64,000 nucleotides of DNA. It comes from an uncultured Methanosarcinaceae archaeon (lineage in GTDB: Archaea > Halobacteriota > Methanosarcinia > Methanosarcinales > Methanosarcinaceae). The translations under genes and the position numbers were made by a program. The notes beneath the pieces were generated by a model. It had not been told where the DNA came from. It did not search any database and was given only the letters and a program-made list of their open reading frames with translations. Location of the stretch: NCBI GenBank assembly GCA_963727895.1, contig CAVSHT010000011.1:64001-128000 (forward strand). The letters run 5' to 3'. Below, piece by piece: positions 11,343 to 22,304 of the stretch. How positions within the stretch are numbered: position 1 is the first letter of the stretch; every line of letters begins with the position of its first letter.

Positions 11343-11653
11343 AAGCGATAACATGATGATGAAGAAGTAGAATCTTTCAGCGAGGAGATCAATATTTATT
11401 CCAAGTTTCATTTTTCAATTATATTCTCTGCTTTTTAAGATGTACTTTGAGAAAATTAGCCTTGTTATACTATGAATTATGCCATGAAGTTGTTTAGATT
11501 CATTTGAACTTGAATTCAACTCTGTCATGAAGTTATTCATATTGATTTGAGCTAAAATTCAATTTGTAGAAGAGAGATTAAAATTATTGTATTTAATTTG
11601 AAATTATTTCTGTTATTCATTGCTGTTTATGTTAGAGAATTTAGAGGGATAGA

Positions 11654-12043
11654 ATGCAATCATACTGCGGGTTTTTCAGAAGGTTTATAGCCTCAATAAT
11701 TGATATTTTCGTAGTTATTTTGCTTTTTGTGTTTATCGGTTTCATAACAGAAACCCAGGATGAAACCTTCTGTATTATATTCGTTCTGACATTATGGATT
11801 TATTTTGCTTATCAAGAGAGTTCTACCCTGAAAGGAACGGTAGGCAAGCAGGCTTTGAATCTCATTGTTACCGACCTAAATGGAAATCAGATTTCTTTTA
11901 AGCAGGCAACAAAACGATTTATTATGAAAATTCTTACTGCGATTCCCCTTTTTATGGGATTTTTATTAATTTATATTACTTCAAAAAAACAAGCCTTTCA
12001 TGATCTGTTTGCGAAGACTGTAGTTTATCTTCATGAGGATTGA
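11654..12043 (+). CDS. RDD family membrane protein
   Basis: GF.RRF.A.IID, T.GK and QAFHD motifs. Confidence 0.9.
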   Translation: MQSYCGFFRRFIASIIDIFVVILLFVFIGFITETQDETFCIIFVLTLWIYFAYQESSTLKGTVGKQALNLIVTDLNGNQISFKQATKRFIMKILTAIPLFMGFLLIYITSKKQAFHDLFAKTVVYLHED

Positions 12044-12186
12044 TCTTAACTAAATTTATTCTTCACTCTTTGTCATATTTAATCCATTTATCTTTTCCAT
12101 TAATGCTTTCATTGAAAAAATATTTTTACAATGATTACTTTCTTTAATTATGATATCTTTATGATTAATGGGAAGTCATTTGTCAC

Positions 12187-12837
12187 TTGTCACCAGAACA
12201 AAAAAGGGAGTTTATTATGCCTAGTTCTTTCAATCAACTTAATTCTATCCAGAACCATTCGGTAAAATTTGAGAAATTTCTCTCAAGCCATCTGTTTGAT
12301 GTTTCTTATTCTCCTGAACCCTTAAAAGAAATAAAACTTTTTCTAGATATGGACGGAGTTCTTACAGATTTCACAGCCGCCTGTGAAAAACTAAGTGACA
12401 ATATGATGCTTTGGTACAGAAACGATAAAGGACTCTTTTGGAAAAAGATTACATCTGCAGGGATCGAATTCTGGTCGGAGATGTCGTGGATGCCTGGAGG
12501 AAGAGAACTACACGGATTCCTGACAGGATCTGGGGTTTGTCCCACAATCCTTTCTGCTCTTCCTGGCCCTGAAAGAAGAAAGGCGTTAAGCAATGCAAGA
12601 AAAGGAAAAATCAAATGGCTCAGAAAAGAACTCGGTCCTTCTTATGCAGAAACTGCAATTCTTTGTTACCGCCCTGAAAAAGCCTTACAATCAGGAGCTT
12701 CAAAGGTTCTTATTGATGATAACTCTGAAAACATCCATGAATGGGAAGAAGCGGGAGGTATCGGAATTCTGCATAAGAACAGCAGCCGGACAATCCGATG
12801 TTTTAATAAGATTCTTGAAGTTGAACAACAGTCCTGA
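12187..12837 (+). CDS. HAD-superfamily 5'(3')-deoxyribonucleotidase-like protein (NT5C)
   Basis: LFLDMDGVLTDF, K..WL and LIDD..N..EWEEAGGIGILH motifs. Confidence 0.8.
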   Translation: MSPEQKREFIMPSSFNQLNSIQNHSVKFEKFLSSHLFDVSYSPEPLKEIKLFLDMDGVLTDFTAACEKLSDNMMLWYRNDKGLFWKKITSAGIEFWSEMSWMPGGRELHGFLTGSGVCPTILSALPGPERRKALSNARKGKIKWLRKELGPSYAETAILCYRPEKALQSGASKVLIDDNSENIHEWEEAGGIGILHKNSSRTIRCFNKILEVEQQS

Positions 12838-12886
12838 TGCAAACTTTTCCATAAATTAAATAACTCGTACACTCAATATGAAAAAT

Positions 12887-13711
12887 TTATATTTTTTGAT
12901 TACAGGCTACAATAAGGGCCACAAAATTTTCCCTGTGATTATTTATGTTTTCTGCTCCGGCATCCTTTAACCACTTTTTCCCTCCATGGATCGCATGATC
13001 TCCGCAAATAAAAAAAATCGTTCCTCTCTCTGCATTCCGGAAAATCTTTCCAAGATTCTCATCCACGACTTTTGCAGCTCTTTCAATTTCTTTCCAGCTT
13101 TCTGCCCTATGGGAAAAACGGTCAAGAGTCCTGAGGTGAACCGCCAGAACATCGGGATTTTCTTTGAGGGCATTTACCGCATAATTAGTTATTTGAAGGT
13201 CATAATCAAGGATATCTTCGGAATTTGGGACTCCATAAAAGTCTTTTATTCTCCCTCTAAAGCTTTCCGCACCTTCGGATTCTATGACTACTGATGATTT
13301 CATGCCTGCTCTATAAGCCCATTCCATAATGCTTTTAAGTTTCGGGTTTTCAGAGTCTTTTGTCCGTTCTGCATAAATATCCGCGGTTGAATAGATGTTA
13401 TGCTCCTCTGGCAGGTCTCCTGTAAAAATTGATGCAATAGCAGGAGACGTGATGGTCGCAGCAGATTTACACCTGAACAGAAGACCTGTCCTGGAAATTT
13501 CACTCAAATTCTTCATAATCGGAGAAAAATAGTTATAAAGAGAATAACCAAGACTGTCAACCACAATAATTACTGCTTTTTTACAGCCTCTTTCTTTTGC
13601 GTAGCTCTCTACTTCAGGAATCGTCTTGCCGGTAGGTGGCACCATAGGAATTTTCAGCAATTTCGAAATAGTAGGAGCAATATCAATTGTGTTGCACTCT
13701 AATACTTTCAT
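12887..13711 (-). CDS. Alkaline phosphatase superfamily protein
   Basis: IIVVDSLG, T.P..ASIFTG..PEEH, D..SH and GDH metal-ligand motifs. Confidence 0.8.
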   Translation of the reverse strand: MKVLECNTIDIAPTISKLLKIPMVPPTGKTIPEVESYAKERGCKKAVIIVVDSLGYSLYNYFSPIMKNLSEISRTGLLFRCKSAATITSPAIASIFTGDLPEEHNIYSTADIYAERTKDSENPKLKSIMEWAYRAGMKSSVVIESEGAESFRGRIKDFYGVPNSEDILDYDLQITNYAVNALKENPDVLAVHLRTLDRFSHRAESWKEIERAAKVVDENLGKIFRNAERGTIFFICGDHAIHGGKKWLKDAGAENINNHRENFVALIVACNQKI

Positions 13712-14036
13712 ATGTTCTCTAATATATTATCTGGAAAGCAAGCTTATATGTGTTTCCTGTATTCCTGTTTAAAACCCAGATAACTGTAAATAATTATATG
13801 GAATCAGTATGAGTGTCCGATAAGTAGAATTACAGATCCGGAAGCTATTTTTCAAACTTTTGCTCGAGACCAATACTTGTAGAGAAGGTGAAGGGAAAAG
13901 TACTGCTAAATTTCTGTTCAAGCAAACAGCACATGCCATAAGTTATATCCCATTATGCAAGCTACATATGTAACATAAAAGCTACATATGTAGGAGTAAC
14001 ATATGTTTACAGTTAATTGCAGTACAATAAAAAGAA

Positions 14037-14799
14037 GGCATTGTTACTTAAATAGATCTAATTATTTATTGGGCATTGTTAACTAAACATAGTTAACTCT
14101 TTATTTCTTTATTTCATCAATAGAATAACCTAGTACTTTAGCATTTCAAGACTCTTCGTATAACACTTTGTCTTTCTTCTCAACCTTGCTAAAAAATGCC
14201 TCAATATGCTGTTATATCCTTCAACAGTATACGTTTTTGCTTTGGATTGAGTATGACTCTTTTCAGGAAGAAACTCTGCATATGCCCTCCAGTGATCTGT
14301 CATCACTTCTCCAATCTCTTTTTTCTTCAATTTTTCCCAGAGTAGTTTTCCAGTTTATGTTCCTCTGCTACCAAAAGAGCAGTTGATGAACTTTTTCCCA
14401 ACTCTATCAACAGCAATCCAGATACAGCAATATTTTTTTTGTTACCGATGTAAGTGTGCATCTCATCCATTTCAACAATAGATATCTCATTTTCACTTTT
14501 TAGGTTCTCTCACTCTTGACCAAATTTCTTTATCAATTTTTGGACAGAAACATGACTTACCCCTAAAACTCGTCCTATTGAGCGAAAGCCCAATCCTTCA
14601 AGATAGAGTTGTAAAGCCTGTCTTTTTACAGAAGCGGAAAAAGCAGTTGATTTTAGCTCTACTATATAGTTATATCCACAATCAGAGCATTTGTACCGTT
14701 GACGCCTGCCAACTATACCATTCTTTTTGTGATTAGAACTATTGCATCTGGGGCAGTTAATGAAGAAATATACTTTCTCTATGTTTAAGTATCAATGCC
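14037..14799 (-). mobile_element. IS1-family element with degenerate transposase and 8-bp TSD
   Basis: TIRs GGCATTGTTACTTAA / TTAAGTATCAATGCC; TSD AAAAAGAA at 14029-14036 and 14800-14807; InsB motif TDHWRAY..VEGYNS.LRHFLARL. Confidence 0.92.
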
Positions 14800-14829
14800 A
14801 AAAAGAATAATATATATAAAGGTGCAGAA

Positions 14830-15294
14830 ATGAAAAAAGCAATTATAGCAACTCTTCTGGGAATATTGTTGATAGGTGCTTCCGGAGTAGCTGTTGTCAA
14901 CGCAGTTGCTTCGGATAATGCAGGGACAAATTATGGTTTTGGTCCAATGAACAGATGGGCCGCAAGATACATTAATTCGAGCTCGTCTGATGGCAACTTC
15001 TCCTATTGTCCTTATTTCAACTCAAACGGAACCTCAAAACTTAAGGTCAAAACTGCTGATGAAGCGCTTGAAATTGCAAAGAAGGAAATTAATACCAAAG
15101 TGTCAATAGAAGACATTTCTCAGATGCGCCGATGGTGGATTGTCGCCTATCATGACAAAGATGGAACTTACAGGCAGGCAAGAATTGATGCCTTCAGCGG
15201 TCAAGTTTTTACCAATTTTCCTGTTTGCACAGGAGCTCAGGCTGGTCACAGGAACGGTATGGGTCAAGGCTACTGCAAAGCATATACTTCTTGA
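14830..15294 (+). CDS. Secreted PepSY-like domain protein
   Basis: Signal peptide; T.DEALEIAKK...ARIDAFSGQV. Confidence 0.7.
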   Translation: MKKAIIATLLGILLIGASGVAVVNAVASDNAGTNYGFGPMNRWAARYINSSSSDGNFSYCPYFNSNGTSKLKVKTADEALEIAKKEINTKVSIEDISQMRRWWIVAYHDKDGTYRQARIDAFSGQVFTNFPVCTGAQAGHRNGMGQGYCKAYTS

Positions 15295-15341
15295 GATCAA
15301 TGATATTCATTGAATACTGAAACCATCCCTAAACCATCCTC

Positions 15342-15441
<100 letters not shown>

Positions 15442-15604
15442 GGTTAAATATTTAAGTTATCGATTAAGTCTTCGATTTATTATCCTTTTAAAATATCTTA
15501 TTAATGCCTTATGTTTGCACTTGCCTTTTACTGGATATTCTTTTATATTTATTGTTAGCAATATCAAAAAGAAGTAGAATAAGAAAAACGTATAGATCAA
15601 AAAC

Positions 15605-15841
15605 TTGTTTTTAGAGGTGGACAGCTTGAACGGTATGGGATACAGCATGACTGGCTCTTTCTGGGGATTTCTCCTTATTCTTTTAATCATTTTTGTGATA
15701 GTTGGTGCAGTGGTAATACTGCTTAATAGATCAGAATACGCAGCCCCTAGGGACAATGAACGAATAGTGAAAATGGAAAAAGATATAGAAGAAATCAAAA
15801 AAGCAGTAGAAGATATAAAGTCCAAACTGGAAGAAATTTAA
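15605..15841 (+). CDS. Small single-TM protein with C-terminal coiled coil
   Basis: Hydrophobic helix followed by MEKDIEEIKKAVEDIKSKLEEI; true start probably a little downstream. Confidence 0.7.
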   Translation: MFLEVDSLNGMGYSMTGSFWGFLLILLIIFVIVGAVVILLNRSEYAAPRDNERIVKMEKDIEEIKKAVEDIKSKLEEI

Positions 15842-15939
15842 AGTTTTATACTTGTTTCAGACTCTGGAACCTCCAAAGTCAGATGAAACAAAAAGTATGG
15901 GAGAACATTTTAGATGACAAAATCACTTCAACAAATCAT

Positions 15940-17524
15940 GAGACTTTTTATTATTTTCTGGTCTACCTCTTTTTTCTCAATCGTGCAAAACAATAAAATT
16001 TTAATTTCATTGAGATAAATTCGTTTTAATGGGAAGAGGAAATAAATCAATCGAGAATTCAATGGTAAAAACGATATTTGAAGGCAATGTATTAATTCCT
16101 TTGCCGAAATTGCTAGTTGAAAATCGCTTTCATTCTCTGTTCTCTTTAATATCTCCTACTCATTGTGATTTTTGTGGCGCTAAATTAAATGTGAACTCTC
16201 ACTATACTCGTTCAATTCTCACAAGTTATGGCACCATAACTTGCAATACTACATACTGGATTTGTCCTACTTGTAAAAAGCATTTTCATGATCAGATCGT
16301 TGGTGTTTCTGGATCCGCAAATTACAGTGATGAGTTCTATGACAAACAAATGCTTGTCAGATACGATAGCAGATGCAGTCTTCACAATTCCTGTAGAGTA
16401 AGCGAAACATATACAGAAGGTTTGACTGATATATGCGGCAGAGCTCCTTGTGCCTCTTCATTATGGTTGCATGAGCAAAAACAATCTGTGTTTTCTAAGC
16501 AAGAACTTTTAGATCAAAATCCTGATTTTGATGGAACTTTGTATATTGATGGAGATCGGGTCAAGAAAGGATGGAAAAAGAAGTTTGAGACTCTGATAGG
16601 ACGAGAGATTACATTAAAAGAATGGAAAAAGATGCGATATCAATCCGTTTACGTTATCGCTACAAAAGAAAAGGTAATTTTGGATTTTGAGGTAACTGAC
16701 AGGTTACCAACAATTGAAGCTCTAATTTCTCTTATCCTACGAATAAAAAACCGATTTCCAGAAGGCAAAATACAAAAAATCGTTTCTGATGAAGATAAAG
16801 CAATCATTGGAGCTGTAAAAAGCGTCTTTCCTGAAGTGGTTCATTCTTTTTGTGTGTTTCATCAATTGAAAAGCGTGAACAAGAGATATAGTGATGATTT
16901 TGGATCTGTAAAAAGTATTCCAGACAATGATAAACTTGTGTACAATGAAATCTGTCAATTAATACAGTCTGATACGGTCATTAATTCTGTCGTGTGTTTT
17001 CAAAATATCCTAAACCTGGCATCTAATCTTGAACTTTCAAAAGCATCTCAAAAAGCGATTTCTTATGCAAAAGAAATTTTCATGAAGAACATAAACTTTT
17101 TGAAAAAAGGATTTACACCTGAGACGGATAATACAATGGAACAGATATTTTCTTTGATAGGAGACATCGTAGACAAGACAAGATCATTCAAAACTGATAG
17201 TGGTCTAACTAATTTTTGCTACAATTTGTTTGCTTATTTCAACAAAAGGTGTTTCCGCACTGGAAAATGGGCAGGATTTTCGCCCTTGATGAGGGCGAGA
17301 TTCCAGTATGGATAATAAAGGGTGAATGGAAACTTCCACTATAAACATGCAACTTTACAGCGGTAGCTATCGAATGATTTTGAAAAAAATCAGAAATATG
17401 TATAAAAAAGTTAAAAATAAGTGGATCAACTTTTCCAAAATGAGGAAATGAGTTTAATGAATTTGGATAGAATTCCATTGTTATTATAGAATCGCAGAAA
17501 AACCGGAAAAAATTAAAAAGACTC
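15940..17524 (+). mobile_element. 1585-bp IS with Mutator/IS256-like DDE transposase
   Basis: About 23-bp imperfect TIRs GAGACTTTTTA.../...TAAAAAGACTC; 8-bp TSD CAAATCAT at 15932-15939 and 17525-17532. Confidence 0.9.
16029..17315 (+). CDS. Transposase (N-terminal Zn ribbon, MULE-like DDE domain)
   Basis: CDFC..CPTC; YIDG; IVSDEDKAI..AV..VFP..HSFCVFH; TDN.ME. Confidence 0.85.
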   Translation: MGRGNKSIENSMVKTIFEGNVLIPLPKLLVENRFHSLFSLISPTHCDFCGAKLNVNSHYTRSILTSYGTITCNTTYWICPTCKKHFHDQIVGVSGSANYSDEFYDKQMLVRYDSRCSLHNSCRVSETYTEGLTDICGRAPCASSLWLHEQKQSVFSKQELLDQNPDFDGTLYIDGDRVKKGWKKKFETLIGREITLKEWKKMRYQSVYVIATKEKVILDFEVTDRLPTIEALISLILRIKNRFPEGKIQKIVSDEDKAIIGAVKSVFPEVVHSFCVFHQLKSVNKRYSDDFGSVKSIPDNDKLVYNEICQLIQSDTVINSVVCFQNILNLASNLELSKASQKAISYAKEIFMKNINFLKKGFTPETDNTMEQIFSLIGDIVDKTRSFKTDSGLTNFCYNLFAYFNKRCFRTGKWAGFSPLMRARFQYG

Positions 17525-18247
17525 CAAATCATAGATATTGGCGAAGCTCTCTCTCATCCAGTAAGGCTAAAGTTGTTATACTTGCTGGCCGAAAGAGAAA
17601 GATACGTGTATGAACTCGCCAAAGACCTCAATCTCTCAAGGCAGGTAGTAAATCTGCATTTAAAACGCCTGGAAAAAGCAGGATTTGTTGAAAGTGATCT
17701 CAGGCTTGAAGATGATGATATGAGAGCCAAGAAGTTTTATCGGTTAAAAGAGTTTGAGATTTCCCTTGGAATGGAAGACCTGAAGCAGATTTTCAAATGA
17801 GTTGGGACTTTCATATAATCTGAACTAAAAGAAGATAATAAAAAAGGAAATAGAAAACAAATGCATATAGCTTTTAACAAAATTACGGCTTTGGAGAAAA
17901 TTTATATAAATCAGTTTTAAGAAACTGAAATGAAATGGGCCAGTGTATCAGGCTATTTGTACCTAATAGCGTTCGTTATTTTAGAGGATTTCTACAGAGC
18001 CAAAAAGATAAAACTAAAAATAAGAAAATAAAACTTGATAAGTTAAAAAGCTTGAAATCCTATCTTTTTTTAAAAATGAATAAACAAAATCGGAGTGAAT
18101 CCGAAGGTATTTATTCTTTAGTTGAAGTATAAAAAGGTGAATATCAACAATAAACAAATTTACTTGAGTTATGGATTAAAAAGAAAGACAAAGGTCAATT
18201 TTTTAAAATTATAAAATTAAGTCCTAAAAAATGTTTGAGCAGAAGGT

Positions 18248-19714
18248 GTGGTAAAAATGGAAAAGAAAAGCGTCTTGATCCTGGGGACCGCCTCCCATGT
18301 TGGGAAAAGTTCAGTTGTGACCGCCATATGCAGGATCCTGTCAAGGAAATACAGGGTTGCCCCCTTCAAGGCTCAAAATATGAGTTTGAATTCCTGGATT
18401 ACAAAAGACGGAAAAGAGATAGGAATTGCCCAGGCAATCCAGGCAAAAGCTGCAGGCATTGAGCCTACTGCAGATATGAACCCTGTTCTTCTAAAACCCA
18501 AAGGAGATTGTGTTTCTCAGATAATCCTGCTAGGGGAACCTTATGCTGACAGAAGTGCAGGTCAGTATTATGATTCCATTGAAGAAATGAACGAAGTCCT
18601 TGAAGGAGCTCTTGAAAGGCTTTGCAAAGAGCATGATGTTATTGTTATGGAAGGAGCTGGCGGAGCTGCTGAAATTAACCTGTATGAAAGAGATATTGTA
18701 AATATTGGTACTGCAAGACTTACACAAGCCCCCATAATCCTTGTTGGAGATATAGAAAGAGGAGGCGTTTTTGCAAGCCTTTATGGTACAGTTGAACTCC
18801 TTCCTGAGGATGTACGGAAAAAAGTCAAAGGATTCATAATCAATAAATTCAGAGGCGATCTGGAAATTCTGAAGCCAGGGCTGAAGCAACTTGAAGAAAA
18901 AACAGGAATTCCAGTCCTTGGAGTCCTTCCTTACTTCAAGCTCAACATCCCTTCAGAGGATTCAGTCTCACTTGAAGATAAAGAAAATGTAAAAAACGAA
19001 AAAGATATAGAAATTGCAGTAATTCGCCTGCCGAGGATTTCGAATTTCACAGACTTTGAACCCCTAGAAAAAACTGCTAAAATTCGATATGTAGACCTTG
19101 AAGAGAACCTTGGAAATCCGGATGCAATAATGATCCCAGGTACAAAGAATACGGTTAACGACCTGCTTGACCTTCAGGCAAGCGGTATGGCCGAAAAAAT
19201 TCAGGCATTTAAAGGAAAAATTCCTATTTTTGGGATCTGCGGTGGTTACCAGATGCTCGGCAAGACAATTTACGATTCTGGGATCGAAAATGGGACAAAA
19301 GCCGCATTTGAAGGTTTAGGCCTCCTGAATATAGGAACAAAATTTGAAGAATACACAAAGAGAACTGTCCAGGTTACGAAAAAAGTGAATGCATATGGCC
19401 CGATACTTGCTCCCATAGATGGAGAAGAAATAAAAGGATATGAAATCCATATGGGAATTACCGATTCTCATCGTAACATATTTGGAAACGAAGGTGCAAT
19501 CGATGAAACCGGTCTGATAATTGGAACATACCTTCACGGCCTCTTTGAAAACAAGAACATAAGAGATGCTCTCATGCAGTATCTCTGTGAGAAAAAAGGA
19601 CTTACATACAGTCCTGAAAACGTTATGACCGAAAACGAGGCTTATGAAGAACTCGCAAATGTAGTTGAGCAGAACCTTGACATGAAAAAAGTCTACGAAA
19701 TCATTGGGATCTAA
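18248..19714 (+). CDS. cobQ: Cobyric acid synthase
   Basis: GTASHVGKS, PFKAQNMSLNS, EGAG, GICGGYQMLG and GTYLHG motifs. Confidence 0.97.
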   Translation: MVKMEKKSVLILGTASHVGKSSVVTAICRILSRKYRVAPFKAQNMSLNSWITKDGKEIGIAQAIQAKAAGIEPTADMNPVLLKPKGDCVSQIILLGEPYADRSAGQYYDSIEEMNEVLEGALERLCKEHDVIVMEGAGGAAEINLYERDIVNIGTARLTQAPIILVGDIERGGVFASLYGTVELLPEDVRKKVKGFIINKFRGDLEILKPGLKQLEEKTGIPVLGVLPYFKLNIPSEDSVSLEDKENVKNEKDIEIAVIRLPRISNFTDFEPLEKTAKIRYVDLEENLGNPDAIMIPGTKNTVNDLLDLQASGMAEKIQAFKGKIPIFGICGGYQMLGKTIYDSGIENGTKAAFEGLGLLNIGTKFEEYTKRTVQVTKKVNAYGPILAPIDGEEIKGYEIHMGITDSHRNIFGNEGAIDETGLIIGTYLHGLFENKNIRDALMQYLCEKKGLTYSPENVMTENEAYEELANVVEQNLDMKKVYEIIGI

Positions 19715-19821
19715 GATAAATACCTGAACACTGAAAACATAAGAATATTCAGGTGCAGCTAAGCAGAAAATATGATAAAACTTAACTTTAAGAATTAACA
19801 TAAAGAAAGAATATTTGGCAT

Positions 19822-19951
19822 AAAAAAGATGTTGAGTGGCTTCGAGAGAGTATTGTAAGTAGTCAGAATAAAAATCAATATTATTGGTCTATTGGGGGGC
19901 AAAGTGCAGTACTCGTGGAGGGTATATCCAACCTCCAGAAACCACTCAATA
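19822..19951 (-). ncRNA. Putative intergenic sRNA (about 125 nt)
   Basis: TATA-like box 19971-19979; 12-bp terminal stem TTGAGTGGTTTC/GAAGCCACTCAA; internal hairpin; U-rich 3' end. Confidence 0.5.
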
Positions 19952-20089
19952 ATAAATAATCAATTGACAATTATTTATGCATACTGAAATTATTCTATTT
20001 TAGTGTCTAATTTTATTATTTATATTAATCTTGTATTATATGTAGATAGGAAATAATAACTGTACTTTGTAATTATTTTTTCCCAAATC

Positions 20090-20260
20090 AGCTCTCTTGA
20101 GCGGAGCGAAAAGAGCTTCGCGCTGTTGCGACTACATCGCAACTTCCAGTAAATTGGATATTTTCTATGATCCCGAAGCGAAACTCGGGTAGCGAAAAAA
20201 GGTCACCGTCTTCCCGAGACGGGACTCGGGTGACGGAACTCGGGCGAAGAGACTCGAGTT
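20090..20260. repeat. Cluster of GC-rich palindromes (REP/MITE-like)
   Basis: About five consecutive hairpins, e.g. GTTGCGA-CTACA-TCGCAAC and CCCGA-AGCGAAAC-TCGGG, between convergent cobQ and ala. Confidence 0.55.
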
Positions 20261-21241
20261 TCAGAACATAAGAACTTTCTTGCCAAGCCCTTTACTAACA
20301 GCCCTCTCATAAACCAGGTGTGCACTTGCAATATCCTGAATAGCAAGGCCTGTTGAATCAAAAATTGTAATTTCTTCTTCACTCGTCCTGCCTGGTTTCG
20401 AGCCGACAATTACTTCACCAAGCTCGGCATGAATGTCGTTTTCTGAAATGTAATTTTTGGAAAGAGGAACGTTTACTTCTCCAGAGTGAAGTGCCTGAAC
20501 AACGTCGTCCACAATTACCTTGGACCGGATTAAAAGTTCGGGGTCAAGCTCTTCTTTTCCTACTGCATCAGCTCCTATTGCATTTATGTGAGTACCTTCT
20601 TTGATCCATTGAGCCTTTACTATAGGTTTTCTGGAAGGAGTGGTTGTGACAAGTATGTCGCAGTCACAGACCTTCTCAATGCTTTCCTCATAACAGATTT
20701 CACAGGGAGTAATATTTGCCATTTCCTGAATAAACCGTTCAGAACTCTCTTTTGTCCGAGAGGTAATTTTTACAATTTCGGGATCAAAAACCTTGCAAAG
20801 AGCTTCTAACTGAGTCCTTGCCTGGTTTCCTGTCCCAACAAGGCCTATAACTTTTGAATCTTTTCTTGCAAGGTATTTCGCAGCAATACCTCCTGCAGCT
20901 CCAGTCCGAATATCGGTCAGGTAGGTACCATCCATAATTGCTATGGGAGCGCCAGTCTCTGGAGAAATAAGTACAATAAGAGCCATTACTGTTGGAAGTC
21001 CGTGAGTAGGATTTCCTGGGTGAACGTTTACAATTTTCACACCAGTAATATTTTCGTCTTCAAGATATGCAGGCATTGTCCTAAGATCCCCATTATAAGC
21101 TGTGTAGTAAAGATAGGATTTGGGAGGCATCTGGACCTTACCAAGTCCATGCTGCTTGAAAGCTCTCTCAACAACCTGCATATCAGAACTCATATCCATA
21201 ACACTTTTTACTTCTTCCTGAGCCAGCCATAGTACTTCCAT
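20261..21241 (-). CDS. ala: Alanine dehydrogenase (ornithine cyclodeaminase/mu-crystallin family)
   Basis: MPPKSYL, GDLR.MPAY, T.IRTGAA, G.G.QA and FDSTGLAIQD motifs. Confidence 0.9.
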   Translation of the reverse strand: MEVLWLAQEEVKSVMDMSSDMQVVERAFKQHGLGKVQMPPKSYLYYTAYNGDLRTMPAYLEDENITGVKIVNVHPGNPTHGLPTVMALIVLISPETGAPIAIMDGTYLTDIRTGAAGGIAAKYLARKDSKVIGLVGTGNQARTQLEALCKVFDPEIVKITSRTKESSERFIQEMANITPCEICYEESIEKVCDCDILVTTTPSRKPIVKAQWIKEGTHINAIGADAVGKEELDPELLIRSKVIVDDVVQALHSGEVNVPLSKNYISENDIHAELGEVIVGSKPGRTSEEEITIFDSTGLAIQDIASAHLVYERAVSKGLGKKVLMF

Positions 21242-21432
21242 AGTATAACCCCCAGCCGGAACCGTGAGCTGGATCGCAGCTGAAAAAACAAATTAAACAG
21301 TACTGAAATAAAAATAAAGAGGCAAACCAACAACCTGAAATTACATTGTTTATTCTTATTTCCGCAAATAAGTATATATAACATATATCTTCACTGATTT
21401 AAAGAACTCCCTTTCTAAAAGGAGATATATTA

Positions 21433-22158
21433 ATGAGAGATCTGCATGAAAGTTCAGATGATTTTTCCAGTCTCTTTCAGAGAGAAAAATTACTCAAAGA
21501 AAAATTACTCAAGCCTGCGCAAGATACTCGAAGTATACTTCGATGGGGCTATCCAAAGTTTTCTACTATTCGTTTCGTGGCTGACCACTTCCAGCTCAGC
21601 ACTGAAGAAAGGCAGATTCTCACAAGAGTTATTATGCCTCCTAATAAGATAATTTCCAGAATTAATAAAAAAGTTGCCTGCAATGGAATAAAAGATAGAA
21701 ACCTTCTCCTTGACGGGTACAATGTCCTTTTAAGTGTAGACAGCCTACTAAAGGAAGAACCTATGTGGTTCTGTGATGATGGATACATAAGAGACAGCCG
21801 CTACTATTTCAGTAAAGCTAAACAGGCAGAAGACATAGAGGAAGCCGTCGATGTAGTTCTCAGATTTTTTTTGGAAGCAGGCCCAAAATCAGTTATTTTT
21901 CTCCTTGATGCCCAAATAAGCCGGAGTGGAGAACTTGCAGGATTTATCCGTCACAAAATGAGAGAATACGAAATTTCAGGTGAAACAAAAACCTCAAAAC
22001 TCGCAGATTTCGAGCTGAAATCTGAGGGAGCAAACTTAGAAAAGAATGTAATCTTAGCGACTTCTGATGGGATTATTATAGATTCAGTCCAAGAAGTACT
22101 CGATATTCCTGCCTGCCTTATGGAAAAAATGGGAATTGAATCGGTCAGGTTGTGTTAA
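21433..22158 (+). CDS. DUF434 / PIN-like domain protein
   Basis: L.WGYP...FVADHFQL; LDGYNVL; DDG.IRD; SRSG; ATSD motifs. Confidence 0.8.
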   Translation: MRDLHESSDDFSSLFQREKLLKEKLLKPAQDTRSILRWGYPKFSTIRFVADHFQLSTEERQILTRVIMPPNKIISRINKKVACNGIKDRNLLLDGYNVLLSVDSLLKEEPMWFCDDGYIRDSRYYFSKAKQAEDIEEAVDVVLRFFLEAGPKSVIFLLDAQISRSGELAGFIRHKMREYEISGETKTSKLADFELKSEGANLEKNVILATSDGIIIDSVQEVLDIPACLMEKMGIESVRLC

Positions 22159-22304
22159 AAGACAGTAAAAATCTTATCCTTAAATTATATATTTAATATG
22201 CTTTAGTGAGTCTGAATTTAAAAAAGTCTGAATTTAAAATGATAGGAATCGGGGGTAAAAAATCCCCGGATCTTCTCACGCTATATAGAATAGTTAGATA
22301 AGAA

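Larger units (their letters stand above)
15914..17800 (+). pseudogene. ArsR-family regulator interrupted by an IS after codon 8
   Basis: Joining 15914-15939 to 17533-17800 gives MTKSLQQIIDIGEALSHPVRLKLLYLLAERERYVYELAKDLNLSRQVVNLHLKRLEKAG. Confidence 0.9.

Noticed and set aside
12187..12837. NT5C-like gene as a prophage marker
   Set aside because: No integrase, structural genes or att sites nearby.
13808..13900. Possible IS end (GAGTGTCCGATAAG...)
   Set aside because: No partner inverted repeat or transposase found nearby.
17935..18132. 65-aa ORF upstream of cobQ, or a cobalamin riboswitch
   Set aside because: Low-complexity AT-rich sequence; no B12-box consensus visible.
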